This document shows, one piece after another, positions 1 through 11,928 of a stretch of DNA of 64,000 bases. A model generated the notes under the pieces. That model ran no database searches. It saw only the letters and a program-made list of their open reading frames with translations, and was not told the DNA's origin. The stretch comes from Leucoraja erinacea (taxonomy: Eukaryota). The DNA is taken from the NCBI RefSeq assembly GCF_028641065.1, contig NC_073400.1, forward strand, positions 19,158,001 to 19,222,000, written 5' to 3'. Within the stretch, counting starts at the first letter, position 1; every line of letters starts with the position of its first letter. Position numbers and translations under genes: made by a program.

Positions 1-1038
1 TGCCCCAAGCGCTTCTACACGGCCAGCGAGCTGCGGGTGCACGGGCGCACCCACACCGGCGAGCGCCCGTACTGCTGCCCGCTCTGCGGCAAGTCCTTCT
101 ACCGCTCAGGCGACCTCTCCAAGCACCGGCGTACCCACACCGGGGTGAAGCCCTTCGCCTGCACCCACTGCCCCAAGCGCTACTACACCTCCAGCGAGCT
201 GGGCGTGCACGGGCGCACCCACACTGGCGAGAAACCCTTCCGCTGCCCGCTCTGTTCCAAGGGCTTCTACACGGCCAGCGTGCTGGCCAAGCATCGGCTG
301 ACGCACGCTGCCACACCCGGGGGCCTCTTCCAGTGCCGCCTGTGCCCCCAGCGCTGCCCCAGTGCTGCCCGCCTGCGCCTGCACGAGCGGCAGCACTCGG
401 GTGAGCCCACCTTCCAGTGTGGCGTGTGCCAGCGCCGCTTCTACACAGCCGGCGGCCTGAGCAAGCACCAGAACGTGCACGGGCCAGAGGCAGCCATGGC
501 CGACCAGCTGGCCAGAGCTGCGGCCCAGCGACTGGCAGACGCCCGCACCCAGCAGTTGGCGGCTGATGCCCAGCGCCAGCTGCAGGAGGTACGGGCCCAG
601 CAACTGGCAACGGGCACACAGCGGCTGGCAGAGACCCCAGCCCCTTCCACCACCCCCACTGCCCCGGCCCTCTTCGAGTGCGGCATGTGCAAGAGGGGCT
701 TCGGCTCATGGCCGGAGCTGCTGGCCCACCAGCCCCAACACGAGGGAGAGCGGGCGGTGCAGTGCGCCGCCTGCCGCCAGCTGTTTGTGGCACCGGCGGT
801 GGGTGAGGGGCCGGCGGCCGGTGATGAGGACTCACATTGCCCCCTCTGTCGTGGCCACCTCTCCAGCTTCGACATCGCTGGCTTCGGCCTGGGCCTGGGC
901 CTCTCCAACTTTGAGCTCTGCCTGCAGGGAGCCTTCCCCGCACCCCCCAGCTGGGACGGGCAGGGGGGAGCCGACCTGTGCAGCCAGGGGGCACTCTCTC
1001 ATCCCTCCACTTGGCAGGGAGGGGCAGGAGGGCAGTAG
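1..1038 (+). CDS. 3' part of a multi-C2H2 zinc-finger protein (terminal exon, open at window start)
   Basis: Frame 1 is open from base 1 (CPKRFYTASELRVHGRTHTGERPY...) to TAG at 1036-1038. It has six tandem C-x2-C-x12-H-x3-H fingers (first one partial) with TGERPY/TGVKPF/TGEKPF linkers and a further finger CGMC...HQPQH. Confidence 0.93.
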   Translation, partial: CPKRFYTASELRVHGRTHTGERPYCCPLCGKSFYRSGDLSKHRRTHTGVKPFACTHCPKRYYTSSELGVHGRTHTGEKPFRCPLCSKGFYTASVLAKHRLTHAATPGGLFQCRLCPQRCPSAARLRLHERQHSGEPTFQCGVCQRRFYTAGGLSKHQNVHGPEAAMADQLARAAAQRLADARTQQLAADAQRQLQEVRAQQLATGTQRLAETPAPSTTPTAPALFECGMCKRGFGSWPELLAHQPQHEGERAVQCAACRQLFVAPAVGEGPAAGDEDSHCPLCRGHLSSFDIAGFGLGLGLSNFELCLQGAFPAPPSWDGQGGADLCSQGALSHPSTWQGGAGGQ

Positions 1039-1129
1039 CTGGGAGGACCCGTGAGGCTCCCTCCCCCTCCTCCCACCAGTTGCCAAACTCCCGACAATCC
1101 AAACCACCAGCCGGGTGTGTAGTGGGCAC

Positions 1130-1550
1130 AGTCATTGAGGGCAGTGAGGCGGGGGTGAGGGCAGGGAGAGAGATGGGAGGAGTGGCAGAGTGACAGAGAG
1201 AATGGAAATGAGGCAGAGGATGATAAGGAGTGATTGAGGGAGCGATAGAGAACGAGTGAATGAGACGGTGAAGCTGAATGTTGCAGAGAGGATGAATGAG
1301 GCAGGGCGATAGAGAGAGCGAGAGAGTGATTGAATCAGAGGGGGAGAGTTCTAGAGAGAGGCTGAGTGTGAATGAAGCCGTGGTGGAGAAGTGAGGGGGA
1401 GAGAACGAATAAAGAGGGTGATTGAGGGAATGGAGCGAGAATGAACAGGAAATAGGAAGAGTGAGCGGAGAGGAGAGTGAATGCATAGGGCGAGAGAGAG
1501 AGTGTGGGACAGAAGGAATGAGTGAGAGTGTGGGATGAGTGGGACTGTCG
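1130..1550 (+). repeat. Purine-rich (GA) low-complexity tract downstream of the ZNF stop; candidate polyA signals AATAAA ~1408 and ATTAAA ~1727
   Basis: Direct base composition. The polyA assignment is tentative. Confidence 0.5.
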
Positions 1551-2039
1551 CCCATGTTGTGAAGTTACTGCCTCCAGATCCCCTTGCCATGCCCCTCCCT
1601 CCAGCTCGCCCTCGAATGCCTCTTCCCAGGTCAGCCCCCGGGTCAGGGGGTGAGGGTGGGCCACACTACCTCCACCGATCAATCGCCCTTTAGCATGGCA
1701 CCGCTGTTCTCCTCTGTATAATGTGAATTAAAACAGTACGTGATGACACAAAGACTGGAGTGGTGTTTCTGTGGGGAAGGTGGTGGACGCAGAGACACAG
1801 TGATCTCAGCCAAGGGGAGTGAAAAGGGGCAAGGTTTGGTCGAGGGAATTAAGTGTGATGTGGGGTGTGGGAAGAGAAGGGGGTTTTCTGGGGATGTAGA
1901 CAGGGTGAAGGAGGGGGCAGGACAGGGCAGATGGGGAAATGTGATCCCATCTGTAGCAGAAGGAAATGGAAAAAAAGCTGGAGGAAGTTTTAGACGGAGA
2001 GAGACGGGACAAGGTTGGGATGGAGAGGGAGCCGAGTCC

Positions 2040-2660
2040 CTGGGCACCTCTCACTGGACATTCCCCTGCAGGAAGAGCAGCAGTCAGGAGGGGGACGGTC
2101 TGTGGGCCTTCACTGCGAGAGGGGTTGAGTCCACGAGTTGAGATGTCTCGCTCCAATTATCCAGGGCCCAGGGAGAGACCACAGCTGGAATAGTGTGGAC
2201 AGGTCTGGGCTCCCCACAGGAGGGAGGTTCAGGTGAGGGAGGGAGTGCAGCAAAGAGTCACCGGATCGATTCCCGGGAACGGGGGGGTTTGGCCCAGGAG
2301 GTGAGAGGAAGCAGACTGGGACTGTCCTCTCTGGAGTTTAGAAGAACGAGAGGAGATCTCACTGAAACCTCCAAACTCCTTCCAGGGCTCGACAGGGTGG
2401 GTGTGGGGATGTCGTTTCCCCCTGAGTGAGGGGTCTGTCGTTCTGGGCAGAGACGGGGAGAAATGTCTCTCCCACGGGGGGGAGTTTTGGAATTCTCTCC
2501 CCCAGAGGCTGTGGGGACTCAGTGGTGAGGAGATTCAGGACAGGTTTGGGATTGTTGAAGAAATCAAGGGATGTGGGGTCAGTGAGGGAAGAGTGCGACT
2601 GGGGTAAAATAATCAGCCGTGCGGTGATGGAGTAGGAACAATGGCCTCTCCTGCATTTGT
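2040..2660 (+). mobile_element. Degenerate, GC-shifted CR1 LINE 3' portion
   Basis: Contains recognisable CR1 motifs gagaccacagctggaatagtgtggacag (RPHLEYCVQ-like) and tctctggagtttagaagaacgagaggagatctc (SLEFRRTRGDL). Confidence 0.7.
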
Positions 2661-3460
2661 CCTTAGCTCGTTGTTGGAAACGGCTGCAGAGGTTGAAAAC
2701 CTGAAATAAAGGTGGGTACACAGCGGGTTGGGCAGCATCTGTGGTGAGACAACCAGAGAGACGGTTTCAAAGACAGTGATCAGGACAAGCAAAAGCATTG
2801 GAAGTCACAGAAGGGAGAAATGAATGAGCTGAGGAGAGATAGCACAGGTGGTGGTGGTGGTGCTGGCTGGGAGAGAGAGCCAGGATTATATAATAATCAA
2901 TATAGCACATTTTTTCAGCAACTATTGACCCCAAAAGCTTCACATAATTACATTACATTTACACACAGGCAAAGGTGGGTGAAGTGTCTAGGACACACAC
3001 AGAGCAATTCCCGGCAAGCCGAACACTTAGCCATTGCGCCACTGTCGTCTTATAGTCACTGAGCCTATTTAGCCCATCGAGTCTGCTAGCTCACAGAGCA
3101 ATCCCAATCCACTCACTTCCTTCCCTGTAACCCATCATCTGCACACTCCTATCAACCCCCCCCCCCCCCCCCCCCCAAGATTCTACCCCTCACCCATACA
3201 TGAGGAATAATTCACAGCAGACAATTAACCTACCTGCTGTCTGTGGGATGTGGGGGGAAACCGGAGCATCCAGGAGATCACAGAGAGGATTGTGTAAACT
3301 CCATACAGACAGTGCTGGGTGCCGGTATTGAACCCTGGTCTCTGGAGCTGAGCCTGCATTTATTTTTCTGACGGAGCGGAGAATGAGGGTGGGTGGAATG
3401 TGACATCTTGCTGCCTTTGCAGACTGCGGCACGGTGGTGACGAATCATCTTTGCTCACAC

Positions 3461-3690
3461 GGCAGCACAGTGGCGCAGGTGGTAGAGCTGATGTCTCACA
3501 GTGCCAGAGACCAGGGTTCCTTCCTGACCTCGGGGTGCTATCTGTGTGGAGTTTGCACATTCTCCCTGTGTCCACGTGGGCTTCCTCGGTGCTCGGGTTC
3601 CCTCCCACATCCCACAGATGTGTGGGTCTGTGGATGAATTGCCCCTAGTATGTTGGGAATGGATATGAACGTGGGATAACAGGAAACTGG
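3461..3690 (+). mobile_element. tRNA-derived V-SINE (HE1-like)
   Basis: Head ggcagcacagtggcgcaggtggtagagc...ccagggttc followed by the conserved core tgtgtggagtttgcacattctccctgtg. Confidence 0.75.
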
Positions 3691-3699
3691 CAAGGATTC

Positions 3700-4160
3700 T
3701 GAAGGAGAAGATGTAAATGTATTTGGATAGATGGGTGCTAATTAGGGATAGTCAGCATAGTTTTGTACGTAGAAGATCATGTTCCAACGAATCTAAATAA
3801 CTGAAAAGGATGACGAGGGCAAATGTATAGATATTGACTAAATGGACTTCAGCAACACTTTTGATAAGGTTCCACGTGGGAGGCTGCTCTGGGCAGTTAG
3901 ATCACAAGAGATCCAGGGAGAGCTAGCCAACTGGATAGAGAATTGGCTTCATGGAAGGAAGCAGAGGGTGATAATGGAAGGTTGTTTTTCAGCCTGGTGG
4001 CCTAAGCCTAGTGGTATGCCTCAGGGATTGGTACAGAGTCCATTGCAAAGATTTGGCATGATTAGTAAGTTTGCATATGACATTAAAATGCATGGTATCA
4101 CAGATAGTTATTAAAAATTACACAGGCGCAAATGGACTAAGGAATGGCTAATGGAGTTTA
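3700..4160 (+). mobile_element. CR1 LINE reverse-transcriptase fragment
   Basis: Translates as MDFSNTFDKVPRGRLL...WIENWL...GMPQG, with stops. Confidence 0.85.
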
Positions 4161-4164
4161 GAAC

Positions 4165-5800
4165 ATGGAATACAGCACAAGGACAGTTTCTTCAGTCCAC
4201 AATGCCTGTACTGAACATGATGCCAAGACCAAATCTTATCTGCCTGCAAAAAATTCATAATTAATTCCCTGCATACCCGTGTGCCTATCCAAAAACAAAC
4301 CATTGTATCTGCCTCAATCACCGCCCCCAGCAGCATATTCCAGGTACTCACCATCCTCTGTAAAATCTTGATTTGCACATTTCCTTCAAACTTTACCCCT
4401 CACGTGAAAGCTGTGTCCCCCCCCACCCCTAGTATTTGATTTTTCCATCCTGGGGAAAAGGATCTGACTGACCACCCTATCAATGTCTCATATTTTTATA
4501 TACTTCTAGCAGTTTTATATACTTCTCACATCCTCTGGTGTTCCAGAAAAAACAACCAAAGCCTGTCCAAAGTCTCCCTGTAGCCAATACTGCTTAATCC
4601 AGGCTACATTCTGGTAAACCTCCTCTGCACATTTTCGAAAGCCTCTACGTCCTTCCTATAATGGGACGACCAGAACTGTAAAACTAGAAATGCAGCCAAA
4701 CCAAGCTACATCATGTCTTCCGGATTCTTATACTAAGTGCAGGCAAGCTTATTATATACCTTACCATTCAATATACTGGTGTTGCCACTTTCAGAGAGGT
4801 ATGGACTTGGACACAAAAATCTCCCTGTACAACACTACTGTTAAGGGTCAGGCCATTAATTGTATATTTTCCCGTTATATTTGATCTTCCAAAGTGCAAC
4901 AACTCACACTTGCCCGGATTTAACTCCATCGACCATTTCTCCATTCCTTTCCACAGCTGATCTATAACTCTCTGTATATTTTGAGCTTCCTCACAGTCTG
5001 CAATCCCAGTAATGGTAATGTCATCTGCAAACTTACTAACCGACCCATCTACATTTATGTCCAAGTCATTTATCACAAACAGCAGAGGTCCCAGCACAGA
5101 TCCCTGCAGAACTCCACTGGTCATAGACCACCGGATTATTGTCCTTCCACCAGAACCCTCTGTTTTCTATCAGTAAACCAGTTCTGAATCTGTACAACCC
5201 AGCCACTGTTCATCTCATGCATCTTAATCTGGATCAGCCTATCATGGGCGAGTTAATCAAATGTCTTACTAAAATCCATGTAGACAACATTCACCACCTA
5301 CCCGCACTGATCACCTTTGTCGCCTCCTTAAAAAAACTATCAAGTTAGTAAGACATAACCTGCCTTGTACAAAGTCATGCTGATTGTCCATAATTATCCC
5401 ATTCTCGTCCACATGGAAGTAAATCCTATCATGGAGAATCCTCTCCAGTAGCTTCCCCATTACTGATGTGAGACTCACTGGTTTATAATACCTTGGAATA
5501 TCTCCAGTTCTCCAGGCCCTTGTCTGTTGCTAGAGAAGACACAAAGATCTTCTTCAAGGCTCCCACAATCTCCTCTCCTGCCTCTCGCAATAACCTGGGA
5601 TAGAATCCAAGGTTCTGGGGATTTATCCACCTTAATGCTCTTTAAAAGCCCCAACACCGCTTCCTTAATCTCAAACTGGCCTTGTATATTAGCATTCCCC
5701 ACACTGATCTCACTATGCCCTTCTCCTTGGTGGAAACAAATGCAAAGTATTTGTTTAGTGCCTCGCCTACATCCCCAGACTCACAGCACAAATTCCCTCT
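4165..5800 (-). mobile_element. CR1 LINE ORF2 3' half (degenerate)
   Basis: Minus-strand SGVLQGSVLGPLLF..INDLD..SKFADD and IKVDKSP motifs. Confidence 0.85.
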
Positions 5801-6354
5801 CTACTTGAATGGTTCAACCAACCCTTGTTTATAAAGTAGGTATAAAATACTCAGTGATTTTATTTAATCCGTCAAGCAAGAGCCATATTATGGCCCCTTT
5901 TGGCCCTTCTAGTCACACGAGTACTTTCCTCCTTTCTTTATATGACTCAAAGGCCCTGTCTGTCCAAAGGCCCTGTCTGTCCAAAGGCCCCTATCCTCTT
6001 AAACTTTGCATGCACTTCCTTTTTCATTTTGACCAAATTTTGCAAACTAGTTTGGATTGGACTTGATCGCATCTTGGGAAATTGAGAGGGGCAAGTGGCC
6101 GGTGAGGGCAAGTTGGGCCGTCGGGCCTGTTTCCATGCTGTATGTCTTTGCCTCTATTAAAACATATATACAATATACAAAACAAGAACAGTGCAAACAG
6201 TTGTTCCCAGCTGTATCAGGCAACTGAATCAGCCTATCACAACCAGAGAGCAGTCCTGTGATTTAACATCGACCTCTTTGGTGACCCACAACTATCCTTG
6301 ATCCGACTTTGCTGGCTTTACCTTGCACTAAATGTTATTCCCGTATCATGTATC

Positions 6355-7118
6355 TACAGTGCCCTCCATAATGTTTGGGCCAAAGAACCATCATTTATTT
6401 ATTTGCCTTTAAGAAGGAACTGCAGATGCTGGAAAATCGAAGGTACACAAAAATGCTGGAGAAACTCAGCGGGTGCAGCAGCATCCATGGAGCGAAGGAA
6501 ATAGGCAACGTTTCAGCCCGAAACGTTGCCTATTTCCTTCGCTCCATAGATGCTGCTGCACTGCTGAGTTTCTCCAGCATTTTTGTGTACCATTTATTTA
6601 TTTGCCTCTGTACTCCACAAATTGAGATTTGTAACAGAAAAAAAATCACATGTGGTTAAAGTGCAGATTGTCAGATTTTAATAAAGGCCATTTTAACATA
6701 TTTTGGTTTCACCATGGAGAAATTGCAGCAGTGTTCATACAGTCCCCCCATTTCAGGGCACCATAATGTTTGGGACACAGCAACGTCATGTAAATAAAAG
6801 TAGTCATGTTTAGTATTCTGTTGCATATCCTTTGCATGCAATGACTGCTTGAAGTCTGCGATTCATGGACATCACCAGTTGCTGGGTGTCTTCTCTGGTG
6901 ATGCTCTGCCAGGCCTGTATTACGGCCATCTTTAACTTATGCTTGTTTTGGGGGCTAGTCCCCTTCAGTTTTCTCTTCAGCATATAAAAAGCATGCTCAA
7001 TTGAGTTCAGATCGGGTGATTGACCATTCAAGAATTGATCATTTTTTAGCTTTGAAAAACTCCTTTGTTGCTTTAGCGGTATGTTTGGGATCAATGTCTT
7101 GCTGTAGAATGAACCATC
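6355..7118 (-). mobile_element. Tc1/mariner transposon, 3' part with terminal inverted repeat
   Basis: TIR tacagtgccctccataatgtttgg at 6355. Transposase motifs FILQQDIDPKHTAKATKEFF and QSPDLNSIEHAF. Confidence 0.9.
6409..6590. mobile_element. Penelope-terminal-repeat-derived fold-back insertion with 17-bp target-site duplication
   Basis: Inverted arms 6443-6514 and 6520-6590. TSD catttatttatttgcct at 6392-6408 and 6591-6607. Confidence 0.85.
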
Positions 7119-7357
7119 GGCTACGGGTGCTGTCTGTACGGAGTTTATATGTTCTCCCTGTGACCACGTGGGTTTTCTCCAGGTGCTTTGGTTTCCTCAC
7201 ACACTCCAAAGACGTACAGGTTTGTAGGAAATTGCCTCGGTAAAATTGCAAATTGTCCCTAGTTGGTGTAGAATAGTGTTAGTGTGCAGGGATTGTAGGT
7301 AGTGTGGATTCGGTGGGCCGAAGGGCCTGTTTCCATGTATCTCTAAACTAAACTAAA
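7118..7357 (+). mobile_element. 5'-truncated V-SINE
   Basis: Core gtctgtacggagttt... and tail gggccgaagggcctgtttcc...(ctaaa)n. Confidence 0.8.
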
Positions 7358-7359
7358 CA

Positions 7360-8030
7360 ACCACTCTCCTCGACTGCAGAAGGAGGAGTTGCCATCAACC
7401 TGTCTGGAGTTGGCACAATTCCCTCTTGCCTTTTGTACACCTTTGAGGATGGAAAAACCTCTGGATGTTCTTCTTGGTCACTTCCCACCAGAATGTCGGG
7501 GAGTCGAAGAAGGGCTTCAAGGTTCTCCAACCTGCGTAGTCCCTCTTTAGCCCCTCAATGTTCTCCAGGGTCAGCAGCTTCACATTTAACTTCCACATAC
7601 CTCTGCTTGCCTTCTGGTCCTCCTGTTGGTGACAGGAAGCCTGAACAAGGCAGTGGTCAGAGGAACAATGGTAAGTCTAACCCTGATGGCCTTCGATGTG
7701 AAGAGTAAGTCTATCCGGGACTGGGCTAAACTATCTGGCCTCAATCAGGTGAATCGCAGCTGAGATCCGTCGAAGGGTTGCTGAAGACTTCGCACAGCTT
7801 TGCATCCTTGACTAGATCCATCAGGAGCGTGGAAATGTCCAGTCTGTTGTTGGCGCCGCTGGATCATCCCGCCGCATGGATGAAGCAGTTGATGTCACCG
7901 TCCGGAACATCGCCAACAGCGGTGAGAACTGCTGGAGAATGGCACGCTGCTCTCTCCACATGGGCCAGGCATACACATTGATCAGCTGGAGTGGAGAGCT
8001 GCATTACGTTACCTTAATGTACATCCATCA
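7360..8030 (-). mobile_element. Tx1/L1-clade LINE ORF2 fragment
   Basis: Minus-strand WKLNVKLL...WWEVTKKNIQRFF, typical of the post-endonuclease region of L1/Tx1 ORF2. Confidence 0.65.
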
Positions 8031-9564
8031 CGAGGAGGATCCGTCCCCCCCCCCCCCCCCCCCACCAGTGTAGTTCAGGGAAATATCATTGTACCAGGGG
8101 CCCTTGCTACTCATGCCCCCCTGGGGTGATATCCCTTTTCTCGTTCGAGGGGAGGCTCCACCACTGTGCAGCAGCGGAAGGACCTTAGACTGTGGTCCCC
8201 CACTGAGCCCTGGTGATGGCTGCACCAAGCTTCAGTGCATCCATCAGTACCTACTCCTGCAGTCTAGAGCGGGCCTGTCAGCAACATACTCTGACAGACA
8301 ACTCGCTCTGTTGGGAGATTAACAAGGTTCGGGCAGACCAAAGAGCCTCTTCAACCGAGTTTATCACCTTCCAGCACCATAGTTTTACAATGTGGAAACA
8401 GGCCCTCCAGCCCACACCAGCCATGATATCCCATCTGCAGTAGTCCCACTTGCCTATGTTTGGCTCATATCCCTCCAAACCTATCCTCTCCATGTCCCTG
8501 TCTAAATGTTTCTTAAACGTTGCGTCAAATACCTCCTCTAGAAGCTCCTTCCATACACCCACCCCTCTCAGTGTGAAAATGTTACCCCTCAGATAACACT
8601 TGATGTCCCTCTCCCATTAGTCCCTGGGAACAGTCCATAAATCAGAGAATGGTGCTTCTTGGTCGGCATGGGTCAGTTGTGCGTGTGTCCGTACTGTATG
8701 ATATTTTAGGTGCAACCCGTCTCATTTCAGAGCAATGGCCACATCCTTTCCCACAATGCCACGCTGCGAGGAAAGCGCTCTACCGATTGAATGGGGCAAG
8801 CAGTGCCTGTGCAGACCAGCTGATGCCGGGAGCCATTTGCAGACTTTCCTTTCTTTTATTCCCTCTGGGTTGCGCTGGGATCATTGGTACAAGGAGTCGC
8901 TGGTTGCAAGGACGGGCTTTGCTTGCTAAATCAAAGCACAAGTGGTGGGGTTGGGAGAAGGGGCGATTGGAGCGGTAGATAGCGGAGTGAGGGCAGGACA
9001 AAGGAGGACGGCAGGAAGCCCGCGGCCGGGGGGGGGGGTAAATGCTGCATCTCGCCGGCTGCAAGCTGCTGCAAGCGGCGGGTGCTGCCCACTCTCGCAC
9101 TCCCATGCACGGCCGCAATCACACTCCGGCCATAGCTCTCCGGCAGCCGCACGGTCCGCATTGCAGGCGCACTAATGCAGCTAGGGGGCGGATACCAATA
9201 CAGGACTAATCCATGGACACTAGTGAAGGGACACATACCCAGACAGGCGGCGAACACTAATGCAGGGCACTCACACTTTTGCAGAGGGTGGATTAGATAC
9301 ACGGCAGGGACGCTAATGCAGGGGGGGAGGGGGGACACCAATGCAACGGTCGCGTGAGCTGAGTTGCAAGTACAAGTGGGTGTAACGCTAATGTCGGGCA
9401 GGCGCACTAATGCAGAAACCAGTTGCACTAATGCATGGGACCGTTGCAAATCCAGGGCAGGCATACCAGTGCAGGGAGGGACAGCAATGTAGGGCAAGCA
9501 CGCCAAACCCAAAGCACACTGACCTTTCTGTCCTCGGCATCCTCCAGTGTCAGTGAGGCTAAAC

Positions 9565-11063
9565 GCTATTTTTTTCTTTTCATTCTAGGGTCTTATTTCT
9601 TTTCTTTACTTCCTTCTCTAACTTCTTCCCTAAGGGGTTATCTTCTCCCAACACTTTCCTGCACCTTCACGATTCTTGCTTACTTTCCTTACTTCTTTTA
9701 TTTCTATCTTTTTTAAAGCTCAAAAAATGAAGTGGTACAACATGATGTAATAAGATATATGCGATGTATTAATGTAATTAACTGTACTGCTAATAAAAAA
9801 TAAATAAAAAGAATCAATATTTTAAATATCTTCAAATTCGTGATTATCTGAAAAAATACACAAAAGACTATCATAATATGCCTACAGACTTACTGGATGA
9901 AGCAATGAAGACAAAGGCGGAATGAGCGAATCTAATATCGTACTTATATAACATCATCTTAAACATAGAAATACCCACAACTGATGGAATTAGAAGAGAC
10001 TGGGAACAAGAATTAGCTATACAAATTTCAAAAGAGAGCTGGGATAATCACTACAGGTGCATAAATGTTCGATCAACGTACGACATACTCTCATCCAATT
10101 CAAAACATTACATAGACTATATTATTCAAAAACTAAAATAAATAAACTCTTCCCTAATGTCTCATCCATCTGTGATAAATGTATGTGTCAAGAAGCTACC
10201 CTAGCGCATTCTTTTGTTTTTTGTACAAAAATCCAAAAATTCTGGAATGAAATATTTGACATCTTTACAAAATTAATTAAAATAAAACTGGTACCAAAAC
10301 CAAAATGGATCATTTTTGGAATATCAGAAGGTAACCCTGAACTAAACGTGTTTCAGAAGAATCTACTCAATTACGGGCTAATAATGGGAAAAAAGCTCAT
10401 ACTTAAATTCTGGAAAAATGCGCCTACACCAACAATAAAAATGTGGATATCAAGTATGTTTGAAACACTACATCTGGAAGAGATGAGATTCCTCTTAGCA
10501 GGCAAACCAGACCACTTCCAAAATACGTGGTCTACGTTTTTGGAACTATTANNNNNNNNNNNNNNNNNNNNNNNNNNNNNNNNNNNNNNNNNNNNNNNNN
10601 NNNNNNNNNNNNNNNNNNNNNNNNNNNNNNNNNNNNNNNNNNNNNNNNNNNNNNNNNNNNNNNNNNNNNNNNNNNNNNNNNNNNNNNNNNNNNNNNNNNN
10701 NGGGGGGTAAAAAAAAAAACAAACAACAAAAACAGACTTGGTTGGTAGTCCCCTTTCTGCGGAGTTTAATGTTATAATAGAGCGATTGTTTCTCCTTTCT
10801 TTTTCATTTTCTTGGGTCTACTTTCTTTCTTTACTTCCTTCTCTAACTTCTTTTCTAAGGGGCTTTCTTTTCTTAACACTCTCCTGCACCTTCACGACTC
10901 TTGCGCACTTTCCTTACTTTCTTTACTTCTATCTTTTTTTTTAAAGCTAAAAAAATGAAGCGGTACAAAAAAATGTATTAAGACATATGTGTTGTGTATT
11001 ATTGTAACTTACCGTACTTCTAATAAAAATAAAATAAAATTAAATAAAATTAAAAAAATAAAA
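9565..11063 (+). mobile_element. Two head-to-tail L1-clade LINE 3' ends
   Basis: ORF 10057: LIQFKTLHRLYYS...CDKC...ATLAHSFVFC (C-terminal Cys/His domain of L1 ORF2). Homologous 3'UTR with A-rich tail at ~9570-9810 and ~10790-11063. Confidence 0.8.
10552..10701. other. Assembly gap (N run)
   Basis: Run of N. Confidence 1.
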
Positions 11064-11274
11064 ATTCTTGCTCTGCTTCAGCACAACAAAATATAGTAGG
11101 CATGAATACAGAACAGATCAGTGTGTCCATATACCATTATATAAATATATACACACATGAATAAATAAACGGATAAAGTGCAAATAAACAGATAATGGTC
11201 TATTAATGTTCAGAGCAACAGGCAGGGTGGGAGATTGCTCCCACTGCCCCATTCTCCCCACAGCCCTGATCAAT

Positions 11275-11628
11275 CCCACAGGATTATTGGAACACCGCTA
11301 CCAGCCTTGGAGGGCATCTACCACACACGGTGCCTCAGGAAGGCCGTCAGCATCCATAAAGACTACTCACACCCTTGTAATGGACTGTTCGAACTACTTC
11401 CCTCCGGCAGACGTTACAAGGCCTTCTACGCCCGAACCTCCAGACTCAGAAACAGCTTTATTCCCAGAGCTATAGCGGCTCTGAACCGGCCCTGCTGAGT
11501 GCCCCCCATCCCCCCTGGACTGTCTTTCTCGGATGGTCACGTCACACAGCTTATTTATTTTACTTTTCTTTACATCGGTTGGAAGCTGCATACTAAATCT
11601 CGTTGCACTGATGTGCAATGACAATAAC

Positions 11629-11715
<87 letters not shown>
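11275..11715 (+). mobile_element. Rex1/Babar-type LINE 3' end with (TAT)n tail
   Basis: IIGTPLPALEGIYHTRCLRKA...LFELLPSGRRY...RLRNSFIPRAI. (TAT)n microsatellite at ~11628-11715. Confidence 0.85.
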
Positions 11716-11716
<1 letters not shown>

Positions 11717-11769
11717 ATCCCACGGCAAAGTGGCAAAAAAGGGGGCTTTTCCTCGTTGGCTGCCTGCGA

Positions 11770-11866
11770 CAAGCAGCGTTCAACAGGGTTCAGTGCTGGG
11801 GTTGCTATTCGTCACGTTGCATATCATTGAAGGCTTTGTGGCTACATTTGCAGACGATACGAAGCT

Positions 11867-11928
<62 letters not shown>

